The translations under genes and the position numbers were made by a program. The notes beneath the pieces were generated by a model that was given only the letters and a program-made list of their open reading frames with translations, was not told the DNA's origin and did no database searches. A stretch of DNA of 64,000 nucleotides from Nitrospiraceae bacterium (lineage in GTDB: Bacteria > Nitrospirota > Nitrospiria > Nitrospirales > Nitrospiraceae), in NCBI GenBank assembly GCA_035573855.1, contig DATLZU010000026.1, forward strand, positions 3,392 through 67,391, read 5' to 3'. Shown in pieces: positions 38,925 through 48,800 of this stretch (its first letter is position 1; every line of letters begins with the position of its first letter).

Positions 38925-39680
38925 ATGTTCAGACCACAGAGACAGGCACTGCGAGTCTTTCTTCCAAAACCCATCGCCCGGCCCGTCGCGAAGCTTGTCC
39001 TCGCCGTCGTCCTGACTGCGCTCTCGGGAGCGGCACCCGATTCGACGTGGGCCGATGACCGCGAGCAACGAGACTTGGTGGATCGGGCGCGTATGACCTT
39101 GGAAAGCTTTCTGGCCGATTCCAACATGAGCTGGTTTCGGGATCACGTGAAGGACGCCAAAGGCGTGTTCATCGTGCCCCAGTTTTTGAAGGCCGCCTTT
39201 TTCTTCGGCGGCGCGGGCGGCAGCGGCGTGTTGCTGGTGCGTGATGAGCAGACCGGCGAGTGGAGCGAGCCGGCGTTCTATACGATGGGGGCCGGCAGTT
39301 TCGGCTTCCAGTTCGGCGCGCAGGCGGCCGAGGTGATCCTCCTCATCATGACCAAGAAGGGCGTCGAATCGATGTTGACCAGCACCTTCAAGCTCGGCGC
39401 CGATGCCTCCATCGCCGTCGGGCCGGTGGGCGCCGGCGTGGAGGGAGCGACCGCTCCCAACCTCAGTGTCGATCTGCTCTCCTTCGCGAAGGCCAAGGGG
39501 CTCTTCGCGGGCGTGTCGCTGGAAGGCGCGGTCATCGCGTTCCGGGACGAGTGGAACAGCTCGTATTACGGCAAGACCGTCCGGCCCGCCGATATCCTCG
39601 TCCGCCGCGCGGTGAACAATCCCCATTCAGCGGGCCTGCGCGAAGCGGTGATGCAGGCCGCGGCGGGAAAAGACCCCTAG
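38925..39680 (+). CDS. SYLF (Ysc84/DUF500) lipid-binding domain protein, exported
   Basis: Signal peptide followed by GVFIVPQFLKAAFFFGGAGGSGVLLVRD...GFQFGAQ...ADASIAVGPVG. Confidence 0.75.
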   Translation: MFRPQRQALRVFLPKPIARPVAKLVLAVVLTALSGAAPDSTWADDREQRDLVDRARMTLESFLADSNMSWFRDHVKDAKGVFIVPQFLKAAFFFGGAGGSGVLLVRDEQTGEWSEPAFYTMGAGSFGFQFGAQAAEVILLIMTKKGVESMLTSTFKLGADASIAVGPVGAGVEGATAPNLSVDLLSFAKAKGLFAGVSLEGAVIAFRDEWNSSYYGKTVRPADILVRRAVNNPHSAGLREAVMQAAAGKDP

Positions 39681-39792
39681 CAGTCAGGCACCAGGGTTCA
39701 GCGCCAAACTTTCGGAATTGACGGTGGAGACCCGATCACTGAACATCCGCGCCGGCCGTCCGCGCTGTTGGTCGTGAACGGTGTGATCTCAC

Positions 39793-40512
39793 TCATGTGC
39801 GACTGAGGACTGTTCGGAGAAACACACCGAGGCGTTCCACGATCCCGTCCGGAATTTCATGCCCGCCTCGAAAGCTGTGCCAGTCAACCCTGAGCCCGGC
39901 CTTTGTCAATTCGTCTCGCAGCCGCTCGGCCAACATGTGCGGCAGGATCTCATCGTGCGTGCCGTGACTTTGGAAGACCGGCAGGCCCCGTCGCTTCGGC
40001 ATCAACGGCGCCCACTCATCCTGAGCGAGGAACGTGCCGGAGAGCAACACCAGTCCAGCGAACAGATGTTCCGTCCTCAAGATCACGTCGCAGGCCAGCA
40101 TGGCGCCCTGGGAAAAGCCGCCGAAGACTGTCTTCCTGGGATCAACCCCGAAACGATGCTCTAATTCCATGAGCATCGCCAGCACCCCCCGTCTTGCTGC
40201 AGGCAGGCCCTTCGGGACCTCCCGCGACAAATCGCGAAAGCGGCCCGCGGCGATGTCCTGGTTGACCCGGTTCCAGTCGATGATCCACCAGGCCCGCGAG
40301 TTGCCGAACCCGAGATGAAGGGAGAGCGGCCCTTCGGGAAACACGAAGCGGGTCCCGGCCGGGGCGTCAATGGCATCCCCGAGCGACACCAGATCGTCCC
40401 CGGGCGCACCGAAACCGTGCAGGAGAATGACCACCGGGCCATGGCCTCCGCCTGTCCCGTCCGTCCCGCCGGTGATCCGGATCGTCATCCCGCCGAATTG
40501 CTCGATGCGCAT
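39793..40512 (-). CDS. Phospholipase/carboxylesterase-family alpha/beta hydrolase
   Basis: Contains VVILLHGFGAPGDDL, the nucleophile elbow GGFSQGAML and HGTHDEILP. Confidence 0.8.
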   Translation of the reverse strand: MRIEQFGGMTIRITGGTDGTGGGHGPVVILLHGFGAPGDDLVSLGDAIDAPAGTRFVFPEGPLSLHLGFGNSRAWWIIDWNRVNQDIAAGRFRDLSREVPKGLPAARRGVLAMLMELEHRFGVDPRKTVFGGFSQGAMLACDVILRTEHLFAGLVLLSGTFLAQDEWAPLMPKRRGLPVFQSHGTHDEILPHMLAERLRDELTKAGLRVDWHSFRGGHEIPDGIVERLGVFLRTVLSRT

Positions 40513-40516
40513 GCGA

Positions 40517-42010
40517 TCACGACGAGCAGCTCACGACCAGACGCTTGCCCCAGTCGGGCGGCGCGGCGGCGTAGGATTCCATGCCCGGCCGGTCGGTGAA
40601 AGGATCTCGAAGGACAGTGAGAAGGCGATCGATTTCAGAAAAATCTTTCTGCTGCGCCTGCTCGATGGCCCGCTGGGCCAGATAGTTCCGCAAGACATAC
40701 TTCGGATTCACGCGGTTCATGCGCCGCCGGCGCTCTGCATCCTCGCTGTCTTCGTCACGCAGCCGGGCGGCGTATCGCCGGGCCCACGCGTCAACGGCGT
40801 CGCGATCCACAAAGAAATCGCGCAGCGCGGAATCGGCTCCCGGTCTGTTTCCTTTTCCGCTGGGCGAAACGGTCACAAAGTCGCCCAATGTTCGGAAACA
40901 GATCGTATAGTCCACGCGGCCGGCCTGCATCAGCGCCAACAAGTCCTGGATCAGGGTTTCGTCTTCCGGTCTTGACCGTTCTAGCCCCAGCTTCGCCCGC
41001 ATCAATGCCCAGTAGTGGCGATTCAACGTCGCCTCATAGGTGTCGAGAGCGGCTTTCAGCGCCTCCTTGGCCGCCAATGGCAGCAAGGCCTGGGCAAGGC
41101 AGCTCAGATTCCAGAGACCGATATACGGCTGCCGGTCGAAGGCATAGCGGCCGTTGTGGTCAGAGTGGTTGCAGATAAAGCCGGGATCATAGTCGTCCAT
41201 GAAGCCGAACGGCCCGTAGTCGAGCGTCAGGCCCAAGATCGACATATTGTCTGTGTTCATCACCCCGTGCGCAAAGCCGATCGCCTGCCACTGGGCGATG
41301 AGCTGCGCCGTCCTCGTCACCACTTCCTGGAAGAAGCGGGCGTAGCGGTCCTCAGCCTTGAGCAGATGGGGAAAGTGCTGCTCGATCACGTAATCGGCCA
41401 GCCGTTTGAGATGCTCGTGCTGCCGGCGATAGTAAAACACCTCGAATGTGCCAAAACGGACATGCGAGGGCGCCATCCGCAGGAGCATCGCGCCGGTCTC
41501 GACCCGCTCGCGATACACCTTGTCGTCGCTGCCGACCACACACAGGGCGCGCGTGGTGGGAATGCCCAGCCCGTGCATCGCCTCACCGCACAGATACTCG
41601 CGGATGGCCGACCGCAGGACCTTGCGCCCATCGCCGTCTCGCGAAAACGGCGTCCGCCCGGCGCCCTTCAGATGCAGGTCCCACTTCTCCCCGCACTCGT
41701 TGCGCACTTCTCCTAGCAGGATAGCGCGCCCGTCGCCGAGTTGCGGCACGTACACCCCGAACTGGTGGCCGGCGTACAGCATCGCCAGCGGCTCCATGCC
41801 GGGCACCAGCAGGCTCCCGCTGAACACGCCCACGAACTCGGGCCGCTCCGCTTCCGCGGGATCGAGATCGATCAGCGCCGCGGCGTCGGGATTGAAGCTC
41901 ACCAGATAGGGCGGCTGCTCAAATGGGGTTGGATTCAGCTTGGCGTAGAACGCCTCCGGCAGGCGCGCGTAAGTGTTGTCGAAACGCAAGGTTTCCAGCG
42001 TTCGGGACAT
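40517..42010 (-). CDS. selO: Protein adenylyltransferase SelO (YdiU family)
   Basis: From ATG 42010: MSRTLETLRFDNTYARLPEAFYA...YAGHQFGVYVPQLGDGRAILLGE...MNTDNMSILGLTLDYGPFGFMD. Confidence 0.9.
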   Translation of the reverse strand: MSRTLETLRFDNTYARLPEAFYAKLNPTPFEQPPYLVSFNPDAAALIDLDPAEAERPEFVGVFSGSLLVPGMEPLAMLYAGHQFGVYVPQLGDGRAILLGEVRNECGEKWDLHLKGAGRTPFSRDGDGRKVLRSAIREYLCGEAMHGLGIPTTRALCVVGSDDKVYRERVETGAMLLRMAPSHVRFGTFEVFYYRRQHEHLKRLADYVIEQHFPHLLKAEDRYARFFQEVVTRTAQLIAQWQAIGFAHGVMNTDNMSILGLTLDYGPFGFMDDYDPGFICNHSDHNGRYAFDRQPYIGLWNLSCLAQALLPLAAKEALKAALDTYEATLNRHYWALMRAKLGLERSRPEDETLIQDLLALMQAGRVDYTICFRTLGDFVTVSPSGKGNRPGADSALRDFFVDRDAVDAWARRYAARLRDEDSEDAERRRRMNRVNPKYVLRNYLAQRAIEQAQQKDFSEIDRLLTVLRDPFTDRPGMESYAAAPPDWGKRLVVSCSS

Positions 42011-42080
42011 CGCTTCGCAGCCTTGTCGGGTCCGCCCTATTACGCCACGCTCGCGCGGTCCGAGGCGGGAGCCCGCGACC

Positions 42081-42458
42081 TCACCGGAAGCCAGATTCCA
42101 GATCGCGGTCGAGCGTGAACACGAACACCCGTTCGCCCACCTGCGTGTCGATGTCCGTAAACAGCGCGAGCGCGTTGGCCCCGGTAATTTCACTGACCTG
42201 GTCGAACAGCCTCTCCCGTCCCTGCGCGATTAGATTCTGTCGCAGCCGTTTCACCATGTCCACACCGTCGGGCGTTTTGGCGAGTTGTCGTTCCGCCGGC
42301 GTCAGGACGCCTTTCAAGCGCACCACGACCATGTCTCGGATAATGAAGGCCCGCACGTCTTCCGGGCCGCGTCCCATGAACTCCTGCTCGAACCTGATGA
42401 CCGCGTTGCGAATAGCGGCCTCGACCTCGCCTTTGGTCCGCTTTTCCTGGTGATTCAT
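42081..42458 (-). CDS. mpsC: DUF2294 / MpsC-family protein
   Basis: 125 aa. Contains AIRNAVIRFEQEFMGRGPEDVRAFIIRDMVVVRLKGVLTPAERQLAKT. Divergent from the dabB leader. Confidence 0.75.
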   Translation of the reverse strand: MNHQEKRTKGEVEAAIRNAVIRFEQEFMGRGPEDVRAFIIRDMVVVRLKGVLTPAERQLAKTPDGVDMVKRLRQNLIAQGRERLFDQVSEITGANALALFTDIDTQVGERVFVFTLDRDLESGFR

Positions 42459-42751
42459 CGATCCTCGTCGGCCGGAACGGGCGGAGGGATTATAAAGCGT
42501 TCTGACCCGCGCAGCGACAACAATATCCGCTCAGGGCCCGGCCATGGGCCTTAAGACCTACGACCTGGGACGAAATTTCTTTTGCCGTCACGCCGGCGTC
42601 TCGGCTATAAGAGCAGCATCGCAACATGAGGATGGGGCCTCGGCGCCGATTTCCACTCGGAGCCGGCGGATCCATCCGAGACCGTTTGCCGGAATTCTTG
42701 CGGCGGTAGGGCAGCCGGCTTTCTCCGGTGAGAAGGTCGGTTGCAGTGCAA

Positions 42752-42797
42752 GCCAGCCGGACTCCCTCGCAGAGGGAACGGTTGGCTTTTGTTTTTT
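42752..42797 (+). terminator. Intrinsic-terminator-like hairpin plus U-tract inside the dabB leader (attenuator candidate)
   Basis: GCCAGCCG (42752-59) pairs with CGGTTGGC (42779-86, one G.U). Inner CCCTC/GAGGG stem with a GCA loop. Immediately followed by TTTTGTTTTTT (42787-97). No plus-strand gene ends upstream of it. Confidence 0.55.
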
Positions 42798-42856
42798 GGG
42801 GCCTTGTTGGCCGTGCGAATCAGGCGTCCTCTCCGCGAAAGGCCGTGGCGCCGGAC

Positions 42857-44557
42857 ATGTCGCTCTCGATCCTTGTCCCGCTGTTGCCGCTGGCGACAGT
42901 TTTTCTCGTCCTGATCGGCGGACCTGCGACGCAGCATGGCCGCGCCAAGCTGGGCGTGGTGCCCATGGCCATGGCCTTTCTCGGCGCCATCGCGACATTG
43001 GGCGTCGTCGCTGCGCATGGGTCGGCCGACCTGCGGTTCTATGAGCCCGCCTCCGTCGGGAGACTCGCTCTCCCGCTGGGGTTCCGCATCGACCGGCTCA
43101 GCGCGGTCATGATGGTGCTGATCGCGGGGGTGGGCGCGGTCATTTACCGCTACTCTGTCGGCTACCTGTACCAGGATCGCGACTTCCGCCGGTTTCTGGC
43201 GCTCATCGGGTTCACGACCTTTGTGCTGCTCAGCATGGTGTCAAGCGCCAATCTCCTTATGCTCTTTGTGTGCTGGCAACTGCTGAGCTACCTGCTCTAT
43301 TTGCTCGCGCACAACCTTTCGCACGCCGCCACGCTGGATGGCGCGTTCCGCACATTCACGCTTCTGCGCGTCGGCGACGCCGCCTTTCTTGCCGGGATCG
43401 TGCTCGCGCACTCGCTGTACGGCACCCTGGAGTTCGACGAACTCTTCCTGCGGGCCGCTGAAGCTCCGGGCGCCTTAGCCTTGGCACCCGGTCTCGAGCT
43501 CAGCGGCCCCACCGTGGTGACGCTGCTGCTGTTCGTCGGCGCGATGAGCAAGTCGGCGCAGTTTCCTCTTCACATCTGGCTTCCGCGTTCTCTCTACGCC
43601 CCGACGCCGGTCCATGCGCTGTTGCATGCCGGCATCATCAACGCCGGCGGCTTTCTGCTGAATCGGCTCGCCCCCCTTTACGGACTGAGCTCCACGACCC
43701 TTCACGTCGCCTTCGTGATCGGTTCGCTCACGGCAATCCTCGGCGCGGCGATGATGCTGGCGCAGAACGACATCAAGAAAACGCTCGGCTTCTCCACTAT
43801 CGGACAAATGGGCTACATGATCATGGAATGTGGTCTGGGTGCGTTTTCGCTGGCGATCTTCCACCTCATCGCGCATGGGCTCTTCAAGGCGACCGTCTTC
43901 CTCAATTGCGGCAACGTCATTCACAAGGCCCGGCATGAGCCCGTCCTGCCGCGCGTCGCCCGCCCGTCCGAGGAAACCGAATTGTCCCGGCTCGCCTGGG
44001 CGACGGGATTCGTGACGACCCTGCTGCTCCCCCTGGTGATTTTGCTGGTGGCCCACGGGATCTTGCACATCCCGATCCGTGACTCCCAGGGGGCCGTGAT
44101 TTTCCTGTTCTTCAGTTGGGTCACCTCCTCTCAAGCGATCCTGACACTCACCCGCCTGCGGGCCGTTGCCTCGTGGAAGGTGTCCGCAGCCATGCTGGCG
44201 ACGCTGCTCCTCGTCGTGTTCACCTACCTCTTCGCCGCCGAATCCTTCACCGCGTTCCTCTATCCCGATCCGACGGAATTGGCTTCGTACTTCCATGCTG
44301 CGGCGCTGCCCACTCCCCTCTTCGACGCGCTCGTCGCAACGACAACTTTGCTGATCGTCCTCGGCTGGGTGTATTTGTACGCGCGCTCTCACGGACGGAC
44401 GGTGCGGGTGCCGGCCTGGGCAGAGCGGGGCCAGGCACATCTGTACGTGTTGTTTCTGAATCGGCTCTATCTGGACGAAATCTACGCCAAGTTGGGCCTG
44501 GCCGTCGCCCGCGCGATGACTTGCCTTGATCGCCGATCGTGGGGGAGAACAGGATGA
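42857..44557 (+). CDS. dabB: NuoL/MrpA-like proton-conducting membrane subunit (DabB/MpsA-type)
   Basis: From ATG 42857: MSLSILVPLLPLATVFLVLIGG... PF00361-type core (KSAQFPLHIWLPRSLYAPTPVHALLHAGIINAGGFLL). No other complex I genes are nearby. Confidence 0.8.
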   Translation: MSLSILVPLLPLATVFLVLIGGPATQHGRAKLGVVPMAMAFLGAIATLGVVAAHGSADLRFYEPASVGRLALPLGFRIDRLSAVMMVLIAGVGAVIYRYSVGYLYQDRDFRRFLALIGFTTFVLLSMVSSANLLMLFVCWQLLSYLLYLLAHNLSHAATLDGAFRTFTLLRVGDAAFLAGIVLAHSLYGTLEFDELFLRAAEAPGALALAPGLELSGPTVVTLLLFVGAMSKSAQFPLHIWLPRSLYAPTPVHALLHAGIINAGGFLLNRLAPLYGLSSTTLHVAFVIGSLTAILGAAMMLAQNDIKKTLGFSTIGQMGYMIMECGLGAFSLAIFHLIAHGLFKATVFLNCGNVIHKARHEPVLPRVARPSEETELSRLAWATGFVTTLLLPLVILLVAHGILHIPIRDSQGAVIFLFFSWVTSSQAILTLTRLRAVASWKVSAAMLATLLLVVFTYLFAAESFTAFLYPDPTELASYFHAAALPTPLFDALVATTTLLIVLGWVYLYARSHGRTVRVPAWAERGQAHLYVLFLNRLYLDEIYAKLGLAVARAMTCLDRRSWGRTG

Positions 44558-45861
44558 CGGCCTGGGCGACCGCGTCTCTGCTGATCGTGGTGACGCCGCT
44601 CCTGGGCGCGGCGTCGGGCTTGCTCCTGTGGGGCCACCCCCGCATGCTCAAGGTTTGGGGACTGCTGGTCGCTGCGGCGAGCTTTCTCATGACGTGCTGG
44701 AGTCTGGGGTCCCTTCCTGTTGCGGCCGGCGCGTTCCCGCACCTCTTGCTCCTGCCGCTGACCGCCTTTCTCTCGCTGTTGGGGCAACCGGCTCATCGCA
44801 GCAACCAACCGGCCTGGTTGCTGAGCCTGCTCTTACTCGGGTTCGGGCTGGGCACGTTCGTCGGCGAAGGTCCTCTCTCCTTGATGTGTCTGCTGCTGGT
44901 TCTCGCCCTTGTCGGCCTCGCCCTGGCGGTCCATCATGTCTTTCCCGGACCTGCAGCTTGGTGGGGAATCGGGACGCTGGGGTGCGGCGTTCTGAGCCTC
45001 GCGCTCGCCCTCGTCGCGCCTTCTCCCGTTTCCTCCCTCGCCTTCCTGGTGGGCTGCGCCATCGCGCTGCCACTGGTACCGTTGCACCACGGCTACGTCG
45101 CCGCCCTCACGGCACTGCCCGGCAACCTGCCCGCCTTTCTCGCCCTGCTCCTCCCGACGCTCGGGTTCCACGGGCTCGAGGCAGCGCTTCCCGAGCTGCC
45201 GGATGGGCCGGCGCAGGCAGCCGCGGGGCTGGCTCTCGCGGGAACCCTCTACGGTTCGCTCAAGGCTCTGGCTCAAGCGCGTCCGGCTGTGCTCATCGCC
45301 TACGGCAATCTGGCGTTCCTCTCCATTCTGTGGTGGTATCTGGCCGAGACCCGCACGGCCCCGTCCCCGGCGGCCGTTTACTTGAGCGCAGTCGGGCTGG
45401 CGGGCAGCGGATTGCTGCTCGCGTGGTACGCTTTGTGCGCCCGCTACGGTGACGTCGATCTTCGGGCCTTGAGCGGGCTGGCGCGCCCGATGCCGCGTTT
45501 CGCCGTCGCGCTCTCGCTTCTGGCGCTCGCCGCGCTGGGGCTGCCGCCCTTCGGCGTATTCTCCGGCTTGGTCGGCATGCTGCTGGCGCCGTCCTACGCA
45601 GCGCCCGGCGGCTTGCTCGTCATCGTGATCGTCTGGCTCTGCGCATCCTGGTATTTCTTCGATCTTCCGCACCGCCTCCTGTTCGGCCCGGAGCGAGCGA
45701 CCCTGCGTCATCAGGATCTGCGGGGCCCTGAAGCGGCTTCGCTTGCCCTTGTGATCGTCATCCTGTTGATGCTGGGCGTGATGCCGTCCCGGCCGATCGA
45801 ATCCGCCCCGGCGCCGCTTCACCCAACGGCCACCGCGGAGTTTCCCGCATGGACCAAATAG
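44554..45861 (+). CDS. Second, degenerate antiporter-like (NuoM/N-like) polytopic membrane subunit
   Basis: ATG 44554 overlaps the dabB stop (ATGA) and follows SD GGGGGAG. About 435 aa, L/A/G-rich, about 12 or more hydrophobic segments. Only weak echoes of PF00361 (ALPLVPLHHGYV where canonical subunits have PxHxWLP). Confidence 0.6.
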   Translation: MTAWATASLLIVVTPLLGAASGLLLWGHPRMLKVWGLLVAAASFLMTCWSLGSLPVAAGAFPHLLLLPLTAFLSLLGQPAHRSNQPAWLLSLLLLGFGLGTFVGEGPLSLMCLLLVLALVGLALAVHHVFPGPAAWWGIGTLGCGVLSLALALVAPSPVSSLAFLVGCAIALPLVPLHHGYVAALTALPGNLPAFLALLLPTLGFHGLEAALPELPDGPAQAAAGLALAGTLYGSLKALAQARPAVLIAYGNLAFLSILWWYLAETRTAPSPAAVYLSAVGLAGSGLLLAWYALCARYGDVDLRALSGLARPMPRFAVALSLLALAALGLPPFGVFSGLVGMLLAPSYAAPGGLLVIVIVWLCASWYFFDLPHRLLFGPERATLRHQDLRGPEAASLALVIVILLMLGVMPSRPIESAPAPLHPTATAEFPAWTK

Positions 45862-48800
45862 CGCGTGACATCGACATGGAAGCCCGCCGCATGGAATTGC
45901 GCGGCATCGTCCGCGTGGCCGGCGAGGTGATCGCGCCGTATTGGCCCATGCGCACGTTTGTGCACCACAATCCGTTGCACGGCCTCGAATATCTGCCGTT
46001 CGACGACGCGGTCGAACGGGGCGCGCAGTTCCTCGGAGGAAGGGGCTATCTCGCGGGCGACCTGTATCGGCACTATTTCCGAATTGGCCGGATTCACCTC
46101 CCTCACCTGGAAGAGGCGCTACGCCCGTTGGCCCGTGACGAGCACGTGATCGTCGGCCCGTGCCGCATCGCCCATCGCGAGGTCCTGCGGGCCTGTCTCA
46201 CCCACGGGCTGTGCGCACTGCCGGACGAACCGCTCGACGCCCTGGTGGACAGCGGACCGAACGAAGACCTGGTCCGCGCCCTGGCCGACTATCTGGCTCC
46301 CGTCTTGTCGGCTCCGACCGCGCGCGAGCAGATGGCTGCGGCGGTGAAAGAGGACCGTTCGTCTCTGGGACGCTGTGTGACCCTGTCAAGTTGGTGCGAC
46401 CGCACCTGCGGCACGTCCATCGTCGCCCGGGTCAACGATGAAATGGTGAAGTGGTGTGAAGCGTTTTTGGACGAAGGCCATGCCGGCTGGGCGATGCCCG
46501 GGCGGGAACGGGGGTTCTACATCGCGTGGAAATCCCTGGCGGCGAAGGAATGGTCGCCTTGCGGCATTGCGGACAGTCGGCGGAAGATCGCGGCGCTGCC
46601 CGAGCGTCCTGAAGATGCCGTCCTGGAAAGCCTCGACCTACTCGCCATTTCCCACGAGCTTCGGCAAGACTATCTCTCGCTCCAGCTCACCGCGCTCCCT
46701 GGCTGGCCTGCGTTTATCAAGTGGCGCGAGGAACGGCCCAACTATGTGTGGCAACAGGCGTGCCCGATCAGTCTCGTGAAATTCCTGGCCGTCCGCCTCT
46801 GGTATGAGCGCGAACTGGTGCAACAAGTTTGCCGCGAAGCATTGGGGATCGCCGGGACCTTCCCCGCGGTGATGGGCTACATGGAGCAGCGCTCCGAAGC
46901 GTATTTCCTGCGCAAGGAACGGGCCACCGGGCGCTTGCCGGTTCCCTATGCCGACCTGGTCGATCGGCTGGCCCGCTGGGGCGACGGGTGGACAGAGGCG
47001 GTCGACCGCCTTCAGACGGAGATGGGCCCGCGTCGCGACCGGGCTTTCCGCTTAACCGCAGCCCGGCGCTTACTCGCGCTGGCCCAGGCGCTGGGTATCG
47101 TGCCGACGGTCCTGCTGGAGAGCGCTCCGGAGCATCTGGCCTTGCTCGCGCGCTGGATGGATGAATTCCCTGAGTCGGCTCACGGTCCCGTCTGGCTCAA
47201 GGCGTTCGAAGCCGGCTACCACGACCAGTTATTCGGCCAGCTCATGCGGACGTCCTCCCTTTCGCGCACGAGCGAGCGGGAGCGGTCCGTTCCGGTCAGA
47301 CCTCAATCGCAATCGGTCTTTTGCATCGATGTGCGGTCCGAGCCATTCCGGCGTCACTTGGAATCCACCGGCGCGAACGAGACCTACGGCTTCGCCGGGT
47401 TCTTCGCCGTCTTCATTCGCTTCCGGCCATGGGGGAAAAATCATGAGACCGAGCAGTTTCCGGTGATCATGCGGGCCAAGAACGAGGTGCGCGAGTTTCC
47501 CCGGAGCTATCATGATCACATGGTGCCCAAGCACGAATCGAGGACCAAACTGGTCCGTGCGGGACACACCCTGTTGCATGACCTCAAAGAGAACGTGGTA
47601 ACACCCTATGTCATGGTGGAATCGCTGGGCTGGTTCTACGGCTTGCCGTTATTCGGCAAGACCTTCTTTTCCGCGTGGTACCGCCGCTGGACGGCCCGGC
47701 TGCGGCGGCTCTTCGTGCCGCCCATCGCCACCACCGTGACCGTTGACAAACTGACCCCAGCGGACACCGAAGAGCTGGTCGCGGCGGAACAGCGGGCGAT
47801 CATCTGGAAGGCCTTACGCAGCGAGCTTGGCCTGCATGGCCCACGGGTTTCACCCGAACTCGTGGAAGCGCTGCGCCGACAGGCGCTGAACGGCGACGGT
47901 TCACTGACATCCCAGGTGCCGGAGCTCGTTCAGCGCACCGAGTTCTCATCGGAAGCGCTGGCAAACTTTGTGCAGATCCTGCGCCGCCGATACGACGTCA
48001 ATCCTCGGTCGGCCTCGCGGCAGCGGGAACGGATTACGCGGACGGGCTTCACGCTGGAGGAGCAGGTCTTCACGGTGGAGACGGCGCTCCGGATGATGGG
48101 CCTCATCCGCAACTTCGCGCGACTCGTCTTGTTCTGCGCGCACGGCAGCACGTCGGACAACAACCCGTTCGAGTCGGCGCTGGATTGCGGCGCCTGCGGT
48201 GGCAACGCCGGCAAGCCCAACGCCCGGGTGCTTGCCGGCATGGCTAACAAGCCGCAGGTCAGGGCGCGACTGGCCAAAAATGGAATCGAGATTCCGTCCG
48301 ACACCTACTTCCTCGCCGGCCAGATCGATACGACGACGGACGAAGTGGAGCTTTTCGACCTCGAAGACGTCCCGCTGACCCACCGGAAAGACGTGGCCCG
48401 TTTGCTGGATGATTTGCGGGAAGCCGCCCGCTTGACCAGCCAGGAGCGGTGTGCCCGCTTTCCGGATTTGGCGCGACCGCTGTCCGTTCCGCAGGCCGTG
48501 GCGCACGTGCGCGCCCGGGCCGCCGACTGGAGTCAGATCCGGCCCGAATGGGGGCTGTCCGGCAACGCAGCCTTCATCATCGGGCGCCGCGAGCTGACGA
48601 AGGGGCTCGACCTCGCCGGGCGCGTGTTCCTGCACTCGTACGACCACCGGGAAGACCCGACCGGCCGCCTTTTGGAAGTCCTGATGACGGCGCCGCAGAT
48701 CGTAGCGCAGTGGATTAACACGGAACATTATTTTTCCACCGTGGACAACGAAGTCTATGGCGCCGGGAGCAAAGTATATCATAACGTCGTGGGGCGGATC

